Shown: one piece after another, positions 12,296 to 26,058 of the stretch
Position numbering within the stretch: the first letter of the stretch is position 1
How the letters are laid out: the number at the start of each line of letters is the position of its first letter
NCBI GenBank assembly: GCA_002633005.1
Contig: NMRA01000680.1
Coordinates: forward strand, 145,095-209,094
Length of the DNA stretch: 64,000 nucleotides
Direction: 5' to 3'
Source: Phoronis australis
Lineage: Eukaryota; Animalia; Phoronida
The notes under the pieces: generated by a model
Seen by the model: the letters and a program-made list of their open reading frames with translations, nothing else
Told to the model about the DNA's origin: nothing
Database searches by the model: none
Translations under genes and position numbers: made by a program

Positions 12296-12985
12296 AACGC
12301 AATGTTTGCCTAAAATGTAGGGGGGCTCGAATTCTTGAGGACGTGGAACTTTTCCTAACATAATAAAAAACGGGGGAGGAAAAAAAGAAATGGGATACCA
12401 CGTTCGCAGCTGTGAATTGTTTGGTCACGCCTTTATAGTGGACTTTTGTATAGTTTTCTCAGATTTTTCGTTCATTTCGCTCAGTGTTTGAAGTCCAGTG
12501 TCCGTAAAATGGGGTACGTTTCTGCGGACGGCCACTTAACAAGTGTGCAGCAGTTTGTTTACGTTAACAGCTTCGCATTTGGTTTACTGCTGTGATAAGT
12601 CATCTGGCTGTCTGTGAGTGAAATGTGCCTGAACATTAGGTTATTTAAACTGTTGCATTATTCTCATTTAATTTTGAAAGTTGATTATGAGTTGTCGACC
12701 AGCGGAATGTTCTTGGTCACAATCGACTCACATTTGCCAAAGACACGCCTATAAATATCCATAAATAGTTCCATTGCCAAAGCAACACTGTCTGTGACCT
12801 GGCATACATATGGTGTCATCACCCTGGGTTGTTACCAGTTGTGTAAACCGACTGGATACTAGTGTTCTAATAAACTACCCCTACGGAATGAGTTCAGACA
12901 CTGAGCGTAATGTTCCTGTGATTCGGACTTTTTTGCCCCCTTCGCCACACGGGGGTATCGTTCAAGCCCCCCTGGGTGCGCGCAT
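12296..12985. mobile_element. Degenerate copy of a MITE-like family also at 39.0 and 56.2 kb (probably interrupted)
   Basis: Shares cctaaaatntagggggg-ctcgaatt (near 12310) and the terminal gcccccctgggtgcgcgcatg (12965-12985). Confidence 0.5.
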
Positions 12986-14004
12986 GTACATGGACCGCCA
13001 ACTTCGTATACTTTCAATGGACGAAATATGTGGTCTTTCGCACAAGCCCCGTTAGGTCATTCTGCACTAGCGACACCTGGCCAAATTATCTGGTCTTATA
13101 TCCGGCTAATCATGGCTGGCTGTTGTGTGGTCGGGTGGTAGTAGCATTGCTAAAACTACTCACGACATCAACAGTTCTATTGTTGGAAGACTTTGATATG
13201 CGCTTCAATCCCGAATTGTTATATTTTAGTTTTACTGGACTGTGGAATAGATGCAAGAATTTCCCGTAACAATACACTAACCGGAGTATGCACAAGATAC
13301 TTTAGGAGAGTGGCGCCACCTCTAGGAAAGTACACAAAAAGATGTCGGATTTTCGAATATGTTGTCTATAATCTATGGCTTGATATGCATAAAACGTTGC
13401 ATAGAGACGTCGGATAATAGAACCCTAAGACTATAGAAACGTCTACATTTTTATTATTTTCGTACTATTGAACCGTCGCATTTCTGAACCTTCGCGCTGT
13501 AGAACCTTTTTGTGTTGCTTAATGTTTTTTTAAATACTTTGGACTGTTGAAACTTCAGACTAAGGAATTCTTTAATCATTTAGACGCACCCATCTACCAT
13601 AGCCGTAGCATATTTTCAAGGTGTATTTTTGATAAGGAGTCGCTCCCCAGCAGGCTGTCCCATTGAATGTTACATCGATAAAGGATTTTGATCCAGGACA
13701 GGTAAAGAAACAACGAACAAGTGACCTCAAAATCAACGTGTTAGTACTAAACACGCAAAACTCGTCTAACTCCACCAAACGAAATAATGCAGCTCGCAAA
13801 GTCGATGATGTTTTCACGTAAACTTCATGTCGCACAAAACCAGGGAGATTTCAGGCACTAGAAATTTTTAATTTTCAACGAAACTATAAGCCAGACTATG
13901 CTATCAAGTGGATGTCCTTATGTTTCATTAGGTCCCAAAACGGACTGTTGAACAAAAGACCTCAAGGAGACAATGCGAGCCATACAGAGGAGGTACTATC
14001 TTAC

Positions 14005-14150
14005 CTGGGTCATAGAACATCAGAGCTGGAATTTGTCCCTCCCTTAAGGCTTCACGATCAAACGGAACGCTGACGTCAATAGGGTGAGAGAGCATTGCAT
14101 GGTCCTCAATAGGACTGATGAAGAACGAAGATCCGGTGTAGTCTTCAAAC
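14005..14150 (-). CDS. Giant gene exon
   Basis: aatcag/gtaaga; FEDYTGSSFFISPIEDHAMLSHPIDVSVPFDREALREGQIPALMFYDP; phase 2 to 1. Confidence 0.85.
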
Positions 14151-14570
14151 CTGATTTGAATATTATGATAAATGGATTGAAGTAGCGACTGGAACAACGT
14201 TAAAACATTAATGACGTTAAGTGTATCATTTTCGGGATTAGGCGTCATACTAAAGGAAATCTTTGGCAATCAGAACAACGATATTCTTCCACATCCATAT
14301 CTATTTCATGCATTTCTTGGTTTCTGCAATTAAACAAAATTTCAATCTTAAAGGCAGCACCTTAATTTAATTCCACGAAGATTAATTTTGAACGAATGGC
14401 CAACTGGATTTTTTACTAATTATTCCTTGTTGATGGCCAGATTAACCAGCTTCAAGTAGGATTTATCATTTTGCATTGTTTTGAAGGGGTTAAGACCCGG
14501 CTACTGTAATTAAGCAGCTGATTTACAAGGACCATAGCTTATGTTTTGACAGTTACTAAAATCGAGTTAC

Positions 14571-14718
14571 CTGCTTTTCAATCGTCTTGAACTCATCGTT
14601 TCCTCCCTGCTAGTTTCTGGATCTTGAATATACTGCTGGAATGTTACGGAAGCAGCGGAGCCGTATCGCGCTTTGACATCGAGTTTGTTTAATGTGCCCG
14701 CAATAACGGATGTATTGC
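14571..14718 (-). CDS. Giant gene exon
   Basis: tattcag/gtaact; GNTSVIAGTLNKLDVKARYGSAASVTFQQYIQDPETSREETMSSRRLKS; phase 1 to 2. Confidence 0.85.
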
Positions 14719-14981
14719 CTGAATAGCAAGAATTGTGACAGAAACCCAGAGTGAACTGCCAATTACAATTTTCCAATTCTTTCAGTTGCTGAATGTGCCA
14801 TGGTGCCAGGCTAATCATGTGCGCTTGATATGGTGTAAAGGTGTCTCAAAGGAGCTCGTGTTCTGCACAATGCAAAACAATTCAATGGTGTTTAATACAT
14901 GTTTAAACTATAAAAATGCCTTAGCAAACCGTAAAAAATAATTTTAAACGATTAAGTCAAATTGCTTACAAACGAACCTAC

Positions 14982-15098
14982 CTGTTATTTCGATTGCAAT
15001 AGGAGGCAAGGTTTTGGCGGAAAGGTCTGAAGACGGCTGTTCCAAGTTCATAATCGTTGGCTTTTCGACTTCAAGTTTGCGGATTATGTCGCTCTTTC
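14982..15098 (-). CDS. Giant gene exon
   Basis: cttttag/gtaggt; KSDIIRKLEVEKPTIMNLEQPSSDLSAKTLPPIAIEIT; only the phase-1 frame is open. Confidence 0.8.
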
Positions 15099-15366
15099 CT
15101 AAAAGTAAAGCAAAATAGTGCATATGTAGTTAGAGAAATTCATGGTGCTACATTTGTTCTGCAGACAGCCAATGGTCAAGGAAATTTCATTCTTGCTTAT
15201 GAAACCGTAAACCAATCTCCTTTGGGATTATACAGGTATCATTCAAATTTTCTGGCGGCAGCTTTAACTGTACTTTTGTTCTATGCAATATGTTAAGAAT
15301 TTTCTTTGCAATTTCAACTTCGGATTTTGTGTAACCCAAATCATGTTATCAAATGAACAAACGTAC

Positions 15367-15527
15367 TGGCCACACAAACTTCTCTCGTTGCAATATCAAG
15401 CTTTACTTTAGCCCTAGAAAGAGCAGTCAGTTTCTGGTAAGTGCACCTCCCAGGCTCCATACGGAAAAAGGTATCGCCTGCGTCTTCTGTTTCCGTTGTA
15501 CTGTTACCTTTAGGCACCACCGACAGA
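15367..15527 (-). CDS. Giant gene exon
   Basis: attgcag/gtacgt; LSVVPKGNSTTETEDAGDTFFRMEPGRCTYQKLTALSRAKVKLDIATREVCVA; phase 2 to 1. Confidence 0.75.
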
Positions 15528-16313
15528 CTGCAATAGGTAAAGTGTAATGATTTTTGTAGAGTAATAAGGCAATCCTGTGTCGATCATTGAGTGACACTTC
15601 TGAGTTGATCAAAAAGGGAGGCAAACACTGAAATAATATTTACCCATATTAATTTCTATGCGTGAGCAGCTTAGTAACTAAAAGTGCAAGAATGCAAGTT
15701 TGGCTGCAACAAAGTCATGGATTACATAATCATAATTGATATAGTGACTATTACATTTGCATCTGAAAAATTAAGCAGGACAAATGCTTGACACATGGTT
15801 GGTATTCTTGGTAAAGAACTTGAATTAGAGGGAAGGCTTACTATTTCTGAAGGGGCCGATGATATCAAAATTTAGTGTTTTCAAAATTATCTATGTCTAT
15901 GTAAAATTGATACTTGTCAACAGAGCACCGCAGTGTCCACTATAAAAATATAACGTATATGTACTTAAAGGGAAAAATTAACCTCACTAATGTAACCATA
16001 TTCTGGAAGAAATAATTAAGTACTTCATGACAACCGATATGCTCTGCTAAGAAGACAAAGTTTCATTCCCGCTTTTTTCCTGACTATACAATGTATGTTT
16101 CCAATAAAGAAGTGACATTGTACGAAGATCGTTAATGATGCGTTAAGTTAGATGAAGACCTTCCGAATTACACAATGAATTTTTAAATTAAAAGCGAAAA
16201 AATTAATTCCGTATGATTAGGGGTCTACATTGTCAGCATACTCAGTTGGTCACGCGAGTCTCTATCCTGTTGATGAATCAGCATGGATGTAGAAACAATA
16301 CCCATTATGATAC

Positions 16314-16443
16314 CTAAGAGTCTGGTTCATTCCCACATAATGCAGTGTACCGTCCGCAATTTCCACTCCACTAGATGTCTCGCTACCAGCCAGAATGGTA
16401 GGCAATATGTCCGAGACGTCGTTGTGGGAGCCTATTCCCCATT
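16314..16443 (-). CDS. Giant gene exon (last FN3-like repeat)
   Basis: cttgcag/gtatca; EWGIGSHNDVSDILPTILAG...; phase 1 to 2. Confidence 0.8.
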
Positions 16444-16834
16444 CTGCAAGTTAACGGAAGTCATTAGTAAAGCCATGTCAACATCCTCAGATTTTCTATA
16501 CGACCTCGAGTTCAACTTTAGCAGCACAGCTTAGTACACGTCAATTGTCTTGTGCGGCTTTGCATACACCTAGTTAGCTCGAAAAATCTTGTCGGACTAA
16601 CTGCGCACGCAATCTAATTCGGTTGCGTGCAACAGTCGAATACGAAAGTAGACTTCTGTACACGTGGTTCATTAAAAATTCGAAGTGTGTATACAAGGCT
16701 AAAAAACACTCGTATCAGTTGAATGTTTTATGTTAAAAATTAACTTGCAAGGTTCCCATTCTTACTGTGCATAAACAACAATAAGCTAAACTCATTTACA
16801 GGATGAGCCTACTAACGAAATTTGTAGAACATAC

Positions 16835-19800
16835 CGATAGATGCTGAAGTCTTGGTTTTAATTTTCCATCCAATCCCTGTGGTTGTCATGAAATCTGTTA
16901 TCAGGACTCCTTCAGGTAAACCTTTGATTGTTCTCGTATTTGGCAACTCAATGCTGATAACTTCAATGTCAGGCGGTTCGAAGTCAGTGGTTACATTACA
17001 CGAAGATCGGGAGCTTAAGCCGAGAACGTTAATAGCGTCCACGTTGAACCAGTACCTTTTTCCATGAAAAAAGTCTTTTTTGAATTTGTTCCTTTCAAAA
17101 ACAAATTCTTTAACAGTACCAACACTTTCTCTGGTCACAATGTCATCTAAACCTTCCTCTGAACCCACTGATAATACGTAAGTCGACACGTCTGATTCAA
17201 CGTCTTCACATTCCCAGTAGGCCCCGATACCTTCTTTTGAACCAAGATATTCTGTGGGTTCTGCCGTTGAGCCTTTGGGATCCAAACAGAGTACCTGAGT
17301 GCATGTAGGCGGTGTAGTGTCCACTCGCAACCCGTCACCAACTACTATAACCGAACGTGAAGCAAAATCAACCGCTTTGACGACCAGGTAGTAAATGTTC
17401 GGTTGAAAATAGTACTCATTTTTGTCCATTGCTGAACGACTTTCCGGAGGCAACAGTTTCATAGATCCAGGTGACAAGGTTAAGTCCACGAGACTAAAGT
17501 GGTGCACAATAAAGCCTTTCAGGCTACATGAGGGATCGCACGTCAAATCGCACGTGCTTTTGCAAGTTGCGCACGGAGTCTTCACTAATGATAACGGATA
17601 AACATCGCAACTAACGTTAGCCTGACTGCTTAGACCTATCCAGAGCTCCTTTATGTTACTGGCTTCATCATGAAACGCTTTACCAAACATACAGGGCTCG
17701 TCTCTTTCCAACGCAAGGGAAACTTCTTCGACAATTGCATTGGTTCTTTTAAGATCGGGAAAATAATCGTTTCTGTTCCAAACGCGAAAACCCACGTTCG
17801 CCGACTTCACTTGTTTTATTCCGTACAATGTTGCCACCTCCTCGCTAGAAATCATGAGTCTAGTATTCCACCTTTCGAATCCAGTAGACGCATCTTTGTC
17901 AAAAACAATGGAATATTTCATCGAGTTCTCAAAAGGGTTGTGCTCAAGTGTTACCCATTCTTTCATTATTGAATTGTCGACACCTACACCCCAGAACAAG
18001 GCAGGGAATTTTCCATTTCGTTTCCCTCCAATGACATGAAATCCTACAGCAGGTTGGAGATGTACCATTTCTTCTTCAGTTGCGGAATGGTTCCCTTGGA
18101 TATTGACTGTTGTGTTAGACCTTTGGAGATCGGTTGCATTTGACACGCTTGTTCCTGTCGTATTATATGTTGCATGACTCGTGTTCTCAAACACGAAGCT
18201 GTAAAACGGCATAAACTTCTCGTTACTGGACACGTAAAATGTTGTGATGACTTCACTCCCTTCAGCGGCTTTAAATACTGTTGTGTAGGCGCCTTCGAAT
18301 ATGGTGGTGAAAAGTTGGAAACCAGCGAGAGACATCGCCTTTCCCTCGTCAATGGTTTCGGCTACCAAGACGAGACTTCCGTTGTCGCCCGGATAAGTAT
18401 TTTCACTGTTATAAAATGCATATTTCCCGGTGAAATCTTCATCCTTACCAAGAATATTTATGGCATTAGAAACAGTATTACCGACAACAAGATCTACTCG
18501 TATATCCGTTTTGCAATCTGTCTGTTTTATGCCATGGTCTATAGCCACCATCGTGTCGATAGAATGCAAAGACGTTTGAAACAACAACGAATTTGTCCAC
18601 TCAGAACCATATTTTACAGAGCCTCCGACTGGCGGTGAATTGTCAACCATTACAGGAACACTCCAGCCAGTTGATGACAAGCCAGCACTGTTGGTGACCT
18701 CAACCATGACGTAGTATATGGTTGACTGCTGAAGAGATAAGCCTTCGAACAACGTAGCGTTGTCACGTGAGATGCGTACAGGAGATGCAATGTTCAGTAA
18801 CTGGCTTTCATGAAAAGTACGATCACTACACTCGTTTTGTTTATAAACAGACACGTCATAATAGGCAATTCCACTTTCTGTGTCACTGAATTGATCCCAT
18901 TCAACATAAAGACTGCTTTTGAGTGGTACAAACGAGATGTGGCCTACTGTGGTGCCATCAATACGAATGTTTCCAACAGACGGTGCTGTCAAATCGATGG
19001 TGACAGGAGACGATTGTACAAGGAGACAGTGGTCGGCAACATCGTGAGCCACAACAGTTACAAAATATTGAGCTCCGTGCTTTAGCGATAGATTTAAAAA
19101 TACTGTCACCGTGTCAAGTCCCACACTTTTCAAAGGAGACGTGTCAAATACTGAATAATTTAGGTTCTTGCAAGAACACGATGTAAGGGACGAAGATAAG
19201 CCGACGTCATATCGTAACAATGGTATGTGAGTACGGAAACTCGACCACGACGCCTTGAGCGAGAGTATATCCGACTGTGCGCTGTTTACATAGACAGTTC
19301 CAGCGGTAATAGAGTTATTATACCCCACAAGTATTCCATTGGATGAAACATACACGGTACTTCCTGCAGCACTGTGGGCCAACACTGTCACGTAATATCT
19401 CGTCGATATGGCTTGAAGATCAAGTTTAGTGAACATGTACTTCGTGCTTAGCCCGACATCAACAAACGAATGTATATTTGCCCTCCCGCTAAAAGTGCTT
19501 ACGTCATTCCCCACAGCAACTTCGTACTTCACAATTAGTTGACTAGGGTTACTACTTTCGTCGTCGCCAAACTTATACCACCTTGCTTGAAGTGTGTCGA
19601 GAGGCTGTTGATATTCAAGATCCATTTCATCTCCATCGATAACTACCCCTGGTTTGGGCGACTCTATGTTTACAGTTACTGTGTTAGTTTTTGCAACCAA
19701 TGTTCTTTGTAAGCTGTCCACTATTTCAACTAGAGCGTAATACGTTTTCGTATTTTCCAAGTTCAACTCATCGTTTACCAATACATTTCGTGGACTGGGA

Positions 19801-20166
19801 ACACTAACCATAGGTGCCACTACCTGCCCATCAATTCGGTATATACCCCATCTAAGACTTTCTACCGAGCACCCTCCTATCAATGTCCATGAGACACTAA
19901 CAGACGACAACGACATTTGGTATCTCAATTCTTGATCATGACTTCCAACAAACGCATGAAACTCAGGAAGCGGACTAACAGTTACGGGTTTACTGACAAC
20001 TGTGGAAAATAAGCCAACCATGTCAAAGGCTCTGACTGTTACGAACACTCGAGACCCAGGCTGTAGAGGACGTTTAGGCGTTAAACTAACGAAATCTTGG
20101 AGACCAATGCTAGTTGGAGAGAGAACGTCTTCTGTGTGTGGCTTAGTTCCTAGCAGAACATCGTAT
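16835..20166 (-). CDS. 3.3-kb exon: FN3-like repeats with an embedded GH16-like domain
   Basis: ORF 16812-20186; ttgtag/gtatgt; repeated DxTxPxxG...WxxFxDxESGIxxY...LxxxxxYxVxVxAxNxAGL. Confidence 0.95.
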
Positions 20167-20373
20167 CTACAATGATGATAATACATTTTAAGTGAACATA
20201 TTCTAATAGGCTGACAGTGACAGCCGACTTATACTCATGTGATTTACAGTTACAATAAACTCGAGTTCCGTCGATGAAACAAAATTTTGATTTGAACCAA
20301 TTAATCCAAATGGACTCGTCTGCATTTGTTCCCCCTCAGATGAAAAGTAATACGGTAGCACGGCTAAGCTTAC

Positions 20374-21791
20374 CTCTGAAGTCCAGACTGCCGGTCAACG
20401 AATCTTGAGATCTGGACGTTTATTTCGGTCATTGATATCTGGCATGGCGTCTCATCCTCACGTTTCCCACTTACGATTTGTACAGTGCCACCATCAGGCG
20501 GTATGTTGTCAACTTTGACTTCAGCAGATAGCCAAGTAAACTGATGTAGATAATTGCTCACATTCAAAGTAACATATACGGACGTCAGGGTTGATGTTTC
20601 AAGAACATGGTGCATATTAAATGTGCGCTTGTTGTTAATCGCGCTGCTTGGCGAAAACTGTATCAGATTATCAAATCCTTCCTGTTCCCCAACCCCAACA
20701 GCTAATTCGGAGATGAAACTCTCGTGTTCGTCTACCGCCCACTCACACGTGATCAGGGACTCCAACGGCGATACGTAGTCATTGCAACTCAAAGAAATTA
20801 TCTTAGGTTCAGTTGCATCAATCGTGAGTGGCGGCCAAGTTTTCTCAGCTAAATTGCCTGCTGCATCCATTGCCTCAACAGTCAAAAACCCTGTCTGCGA
20901 GTTGTTGATCGATAAATCGCCAGTAGGCAGCAGCATATTTACGGCGACAGTTTCTGCTTGAAAGTCCCTTTTTCCAGGAAGAGAACCATAGTGCCAAATT
21001 TGATGCGCAACATCCGATTCTTTGTCGGTACAATTCCAGGAATAGAGGCTCGTGTCAAAGTACTGGAGGTAGATGGCAGTTTTTTCATGTACATTAACAG
21101 TAATTTGAGGTGGCTCGGCATCGACAATAACGCCATCAGATGAGGAAACGATGAATTCCTCAGGGCAGCCATGCCCAGTAATAGCTCTGACTGTGCCATA
21201 ATACACGTGGTTGGTACTCAGTCTGATGTTGGATTGCGCTATTCCCGATGTTTCATTTTCCATCACAATGCCGTACGTTGAAAAGCCTTGTATATCTGAA
21301 AATCCTGGCTCTGATCCAATAGCCCATTCATAAGCAACTATTCCACACGCTTCACTTTCAAAGCCGTGGAAGTTGATGGCAAACGAAGACAAGTCATGCT
21401 GGTAGTTATCGTCCATTCCAAAATTTCGACCATCGAAAATTACTCCAGGAACATTGTCTTTCACGACAAATATTGGTTTTGAAGATATTGGATCAGAGAC
21501 CAACCCAGCACCGTTTACGCTTTTCACCGTGACGTAATAGAGTACGTGTGATATACTCCACGGCTGCAAATCTAGACCACTGATGTGGCCGTGCATAGCT
21601 ACCCCAAAGTCTCTGAAGCCACCGGATATCGAATCATCTCCTTCATTGACTCCTACAGCCACTTGGTAAGATACTATTCCACTGTGGTCGTCGTGTCCAT
21701 GCCAAGAGGCTAGGATGCGATTCTGCTCCAGGTGCTCAACTTGTCCGTTGTCGTTCACCACTTCCTCGTCCAGTGACAGACCCACGATAAC
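20374..21791 (-). CDS. 1.4-kb exon: FN3-like repeats
   Basis: cttcag/gtaagc; ASWHGHDDHSGIVSYQVAVG, FESEACGIVAYEWAIGS; phase 0 to 2. Confidence 0.95.
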
Positions 21792-22411
21792 CTGAAGTTA
21801 AATCACTTGGACTATTACGATAAACGTACTTGACACATACAAAAACACAGAAACGGTATCAAACATTAATCAACACTGAACAGCATTCATTGTTTTTCAA
21901 CAAAATTTAGTCATTCAGAAATTAAAATGTGGCGTAACATCACCATCAGCACTGCTTTTACTGACAAATGTCACAAAAAACACTCGAGCGGTAATTTTAG
22001 GAGTAACAACTTCATTTTGTAAGCCAGGGTTTCGAGGGCAAATTAGCGTGTGGACTAATTTAAACACCACCAAATGTATAAAAGCATCCACTTCAAATCA
22101 AAGGCAAGTTTCGCGAAACTTTCAGGCCGAACTCTGCTAAATTAAGACCATTCTGATTTAGCCTGCAGTAGTTTCAGAAAATTACTTGAGGCAAAAACCG
22201 GTCTTAGTTAAGACCGGGATTAGCTTGCTACGGAGTAGCCTCTGATAGGTTTCCGGGCGTAATGAATTGCTGTGATCGTTGATACTTTTGCAGTTGATAA
22301 AACGAAGCGCATATTTTAAGTGACATTATTCTAAGAACAGGACAAGATGAAAAAAGAGCCACCAACCGGATAAATGAAATGCTGCTAAAATTTAAGATAG
22401 TAGATACTAAC

Positions 22412-23094
22412 GCTGTCCATTTCAGGAGCAGTGGTGTCAACGCGAACGCCATCTGACTCGTGTGTAGTAGAGAGCTGTGCGTGATTGATTGCCGTTACTT
22501 TAACGGTATAACGGGCGCCGTCTATGAGTTCCATTGACATCGTGGTGTTCATTGGCTCCAGACCACCAGAGGGCAGCACAATGTCATCCTTTTGAACGGG
22601 CCATATTTTAGACTTGTGACCTTGGTAATCCATAAACACAGACACTCGGTATTGTGCTACTCCGGACTCCGAATCTTCAAATTTCCACTTGGCAAATATG
22701 CTGTCATCCTGTGTCTGATAAAGTAGCCCGTTTTCGCTGTCCACTAATAATATCAAAATAGGTGGAGACAAATCCACGGCATATCCATCAGACTTAACCT
22801 TCGTAATGCTACCTGCTCCATTCTTCGCACCAACTTCTATATTCACACGATCGCCATTTTCCAAAGCCATCGAATGCTCTTCAAATTTTGTTGACAACCC
22901 ATTTGTAAACGATTTTCGGAGTTCTTTATTAACGTACACGTTGACGATGTACTGCGCTATGTCACTTTCTAAGTCCTTAAAGCCTTCAAAATGAGCAGTG
23001 ATTTCTGACTGTTTGTGTGTGTAAGCAATGTCCTTTCCAGCCTCCTTGCCGTCTTTAATCCAACCTTTTTCAGGAGGGGTGATGTCAATCAAAA
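22412..23094 (-). CDS. Giant gene exon: two FN3-like repeats
   Basis: ctttcag/gttagt; IDITPPEKGWIKDG...FKDLESDI..., WKFEDSESGV; phase 1 to 0. Confidence 0.95.
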
Positions 23095-23880
23095 CTGAAA
23101 GGGTGACGACACATTTTACAATTACTTAAGTGGCATACAGCGCGATGACAAATATAGACCCTAATTGCTGTCGGCAAAATGGAATATCGTGACAATTAAA
23201 TGCCACATTTTCAGCTAACTTAGTGACCTTGAAGGATAGATTTTCCACAAATCATAAAGAGTAAAAAGGCAAACGAGCAGAAATTATCGTTATCTAACCT
23301 GGTCCTTTTTCTAAAAATCATAAGCCACAAAAACATGACACTTGTCAGTATGTATATCAAAATAATTGTCTTGCGAAAACCAACAGTCCTCTCAGTTCCT
23401 CCTATTGTTTCATTTTTCCATTTTTGCGAAGGGATTGGTTTGACATACATGTAAATGACCACCTTAACTGGTTTCTTTCCATAAATGAAGGTCAAAAACA
23501 AGTACGTTTCAAACTATGAAGACTACAGATCATGGATCCAAGTTCACTCGAAGTGAAATCGGCATGTGCCAAGTTATGATACTTCCGAAACTCTTCTAGG
23601 TAGACGATGTAGATGCTTTTCGTTGTCCCCAAGCCCGACCACCTTTAAATTTGTTGTTTGCCTGTTGCCAAGCAAGCCATTGCAATAGGCGTAAAAAGAT
23701 CGCAAGAGTCAACGCCCGATTATGACAGTTATGTTAAGGGCAGGTGCGCTTCTCATGAACGGATGCCCAGCGTTATTAATTTAGTTTTAAATGGGCGGAT
23801 CGTCGCATGGTCTTCGATTCAACTGAAATGTCAATTCATACACTGAAATACGTACGAACAAGTAATACATGAATACGCAC

Positions 23881-24065
23881 CGCCATCGGATGACGCCTTA
23901 GACTGTTTTGGTTTCAGTCCTCGATTTACAGCAATCACTGTGGCGTAGTAGGTCTGGTTATGCTCAAGATGACCCGAGTAACAGTACGATTTGGTTAGAT
24001 GAGATACGGAGTAAATAGCAAGTGCTGAGTCGCTGTCTTTATCGGCAGAGAAGCCTATCAGAAAT
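23881..24065 (-). CDS. Giant gene exon (FN3-like C-half)
   Basis: tttaaag/gtgcgt; FLIGFSADK...LEHNQTYYATVIAVNRGLKPKQSKASSDG; phase 2 to 1; missing from the ORF track. Confidence 0.9.
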
Positions 24066-24119
24066 CTTTAAAGCAAAAGAACAAGACATGGTAACAGATA
24101 CGTATGGATAAAACACTTT

Positions 24120-24255
24120 TTGAGAGAGACAGGGACAGTGAGAGGGAGGAGAAGGGGTAGATATCTGGAGAGTGGGGGAGAGAGGAACATCGGGGAAAAA
24201 GAAAAAGACAGTGAGGGAGAGGAATAGGGAATGAGGGACCAAGGAAGGAGGAATA
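24120..24255. repeat. GA-rich low-complexity tract
   Basis: gagagacagggacagtgagagggaggag... Confidence 0.7.
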
Positions 24256-24501
24256 TAAACAATAACCTTATATCATACAAAACATCCAACTATAAAAATT
24301 TTAAATAGTAATTAACAAACTCGGAAAAAATAATAATTTTCCAAATACAGTGCATGTAACAGATTGACACCTGCCCATATCCAGCTGGGAAGGACAGTCT
24401 AAACTTCAAGCTTAAATTGTTGGGTGGAGCCTTAAGAATTTGAAAACTCACAGAGTTTGTCTTCAAAATCACATTTGACAGTTGGTGTATCAAAAACATA
24501 C

Positions 24502-24679
24502 TCATTGATGCCTGTGTCTGGATCAAAGAAGTCTACCCAGTGAGCACATAATGTGGCGTTATCAGCTTGATACTTCCGGTTAATGTGAAGGTCAACACCA
24601 TCAAGAACTTTTCCCACTTCCGGTTTTGTCGAGTCTTTCAGAAGTGGCACCTCGGAGTGGGAAGCGGCAAACAGGAGCA
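24502..24679 (-). CDS. Giant gene exon (FN3-like N-half)
   Basis: ttttaaag/gtatgt; DSTKPEVGKVLDG...QADNATLCAHWVDFFDPDTGIN; phase 1 to 2. Confidence 0.9.
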
Positions 24680-25187
24680 CTTTAAAACAAACAATATGCC
24701 TGCTCAACAGGTTCTATTTGAAAGGTTATTTCCTTTTTACAAGAATACTTAATTCCGTTTTAATGATTTCAACGAATCCTCGTTGTCCCCTGCTATCGCA
24801 TCATTGGTTTTAACATTGGAAGGTAAAAGCAGAAACTCAAAATGCATGCTCCCTATGTCATAGATTGGATGTTATAGTTTTATGCTGGGTAGTTTCTTCT
24901 CATAGTTTCCGTGTAATTTGTTAAATGCGTAGATCCCGTTTAGCAGATTTTGAAAGTAGTTTTGAAGCTTTCCTTCAAACTTTTGGTGGTTGTAGGGAGT
25001 TAAAAGCATTGTTTTTTTTCAGAGAATTGGATGGCGAAAGTCGTTTTCAATAAATGCTAATAGGTCAAAACCGGGTTTGGTACCTTTGTAAAACATCTGG
25101 GCTCGGGGTGAAATCTTTGGACGATTAACTGAACTCAAGCTTGTCTTGACATTGTCTGTACTACTTTTGTATGAACATAGTATGTTA

Positions 25188-26058
25188 GGGATTGTTCTAA
25201 AACCCCCTCGACCACCAAACCCCAAGGCCCCTCGACCCACGATCCCCATGACCCACGACCCACGATCTGTGACCATAGACGTCTCTTTGCGCTTTTTACA
25301 TATTTCATAATCTTATTACGTAGCTGAGTGACTTTTCCACCAGACTTGTTTGCACGAATCAGCTCTGGCTCAAGTCTGGTGGTTAAAAACAGAGGCGTAA
25401 TAATGTCATCTGGAATGGCGGATTAGTGTGCTATCGCTGTCAGGGGAATAGTTTCACAAGCGGCTACCAATAACCTTGATCTACTAAAGTTAAGGAGAAA
25501 GTATGTTAGGGGTGTATACATATCATTTCACATTTTTATTATTTTGCTTTGTGTCGTAAACTCGTTTACAATATACTACGTGTAATTTTGAGATGCTTTT
25601 TGGTTAATAGTTTGTCTTTTCAAACTGCATTTACTGAAGAAATCACTTATTCGCGGCCTCCTCGGACTCTGTCAAAATAGCTTCAATCTGTCAACCACTG
25701 AAGAGCAGACGAGACGATTTCACTCTGCCGGGAACTAGACGAATTGAAATGTTGGTAGGTCTTCGATTTGATTTGATTTGGCTCTCATGCTTTGTTTTGT
25801 TTTTGGATTCTGTTTTGAATTGACTCTCTTAATTGCAAAAATAGGAAAAAGTCAGTCGCCTTCACTGCCAGACTCGTAGGACTTGCAACTCAGTGTTTGT
25901 TCTATGTTCAGATCGAGTTGAGCTTTTGTAAACTGTACTGTCACGTGTCGGGGGAGATTTGGGTCGCGGCTCGAGGGATTCGTGGGTAGTGGCTCAAGGG
26001 GGGTAGTGTGTCGAGGCGGTCGTGGGGTGTAAGGGTCGAGGGGGTTTAGAACAATCGG
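25188..26058. mobile_element. Non-autonomous TIR DNA transposon flanked by TA
   Basis: Left gattgttctaaaaccccctcgacc, right ggtcgagggggtttagaacaatc (inverted); subterminal cc(t/a)cgacc arrays; TA on both sides. Confidence 0.8.

Noticed and set aside
16852-23000. Plus-strand ORFs overlapping the large exons
   Set aside because: Antisense shadows of the minus-strand coding sequence, with no independent motifs
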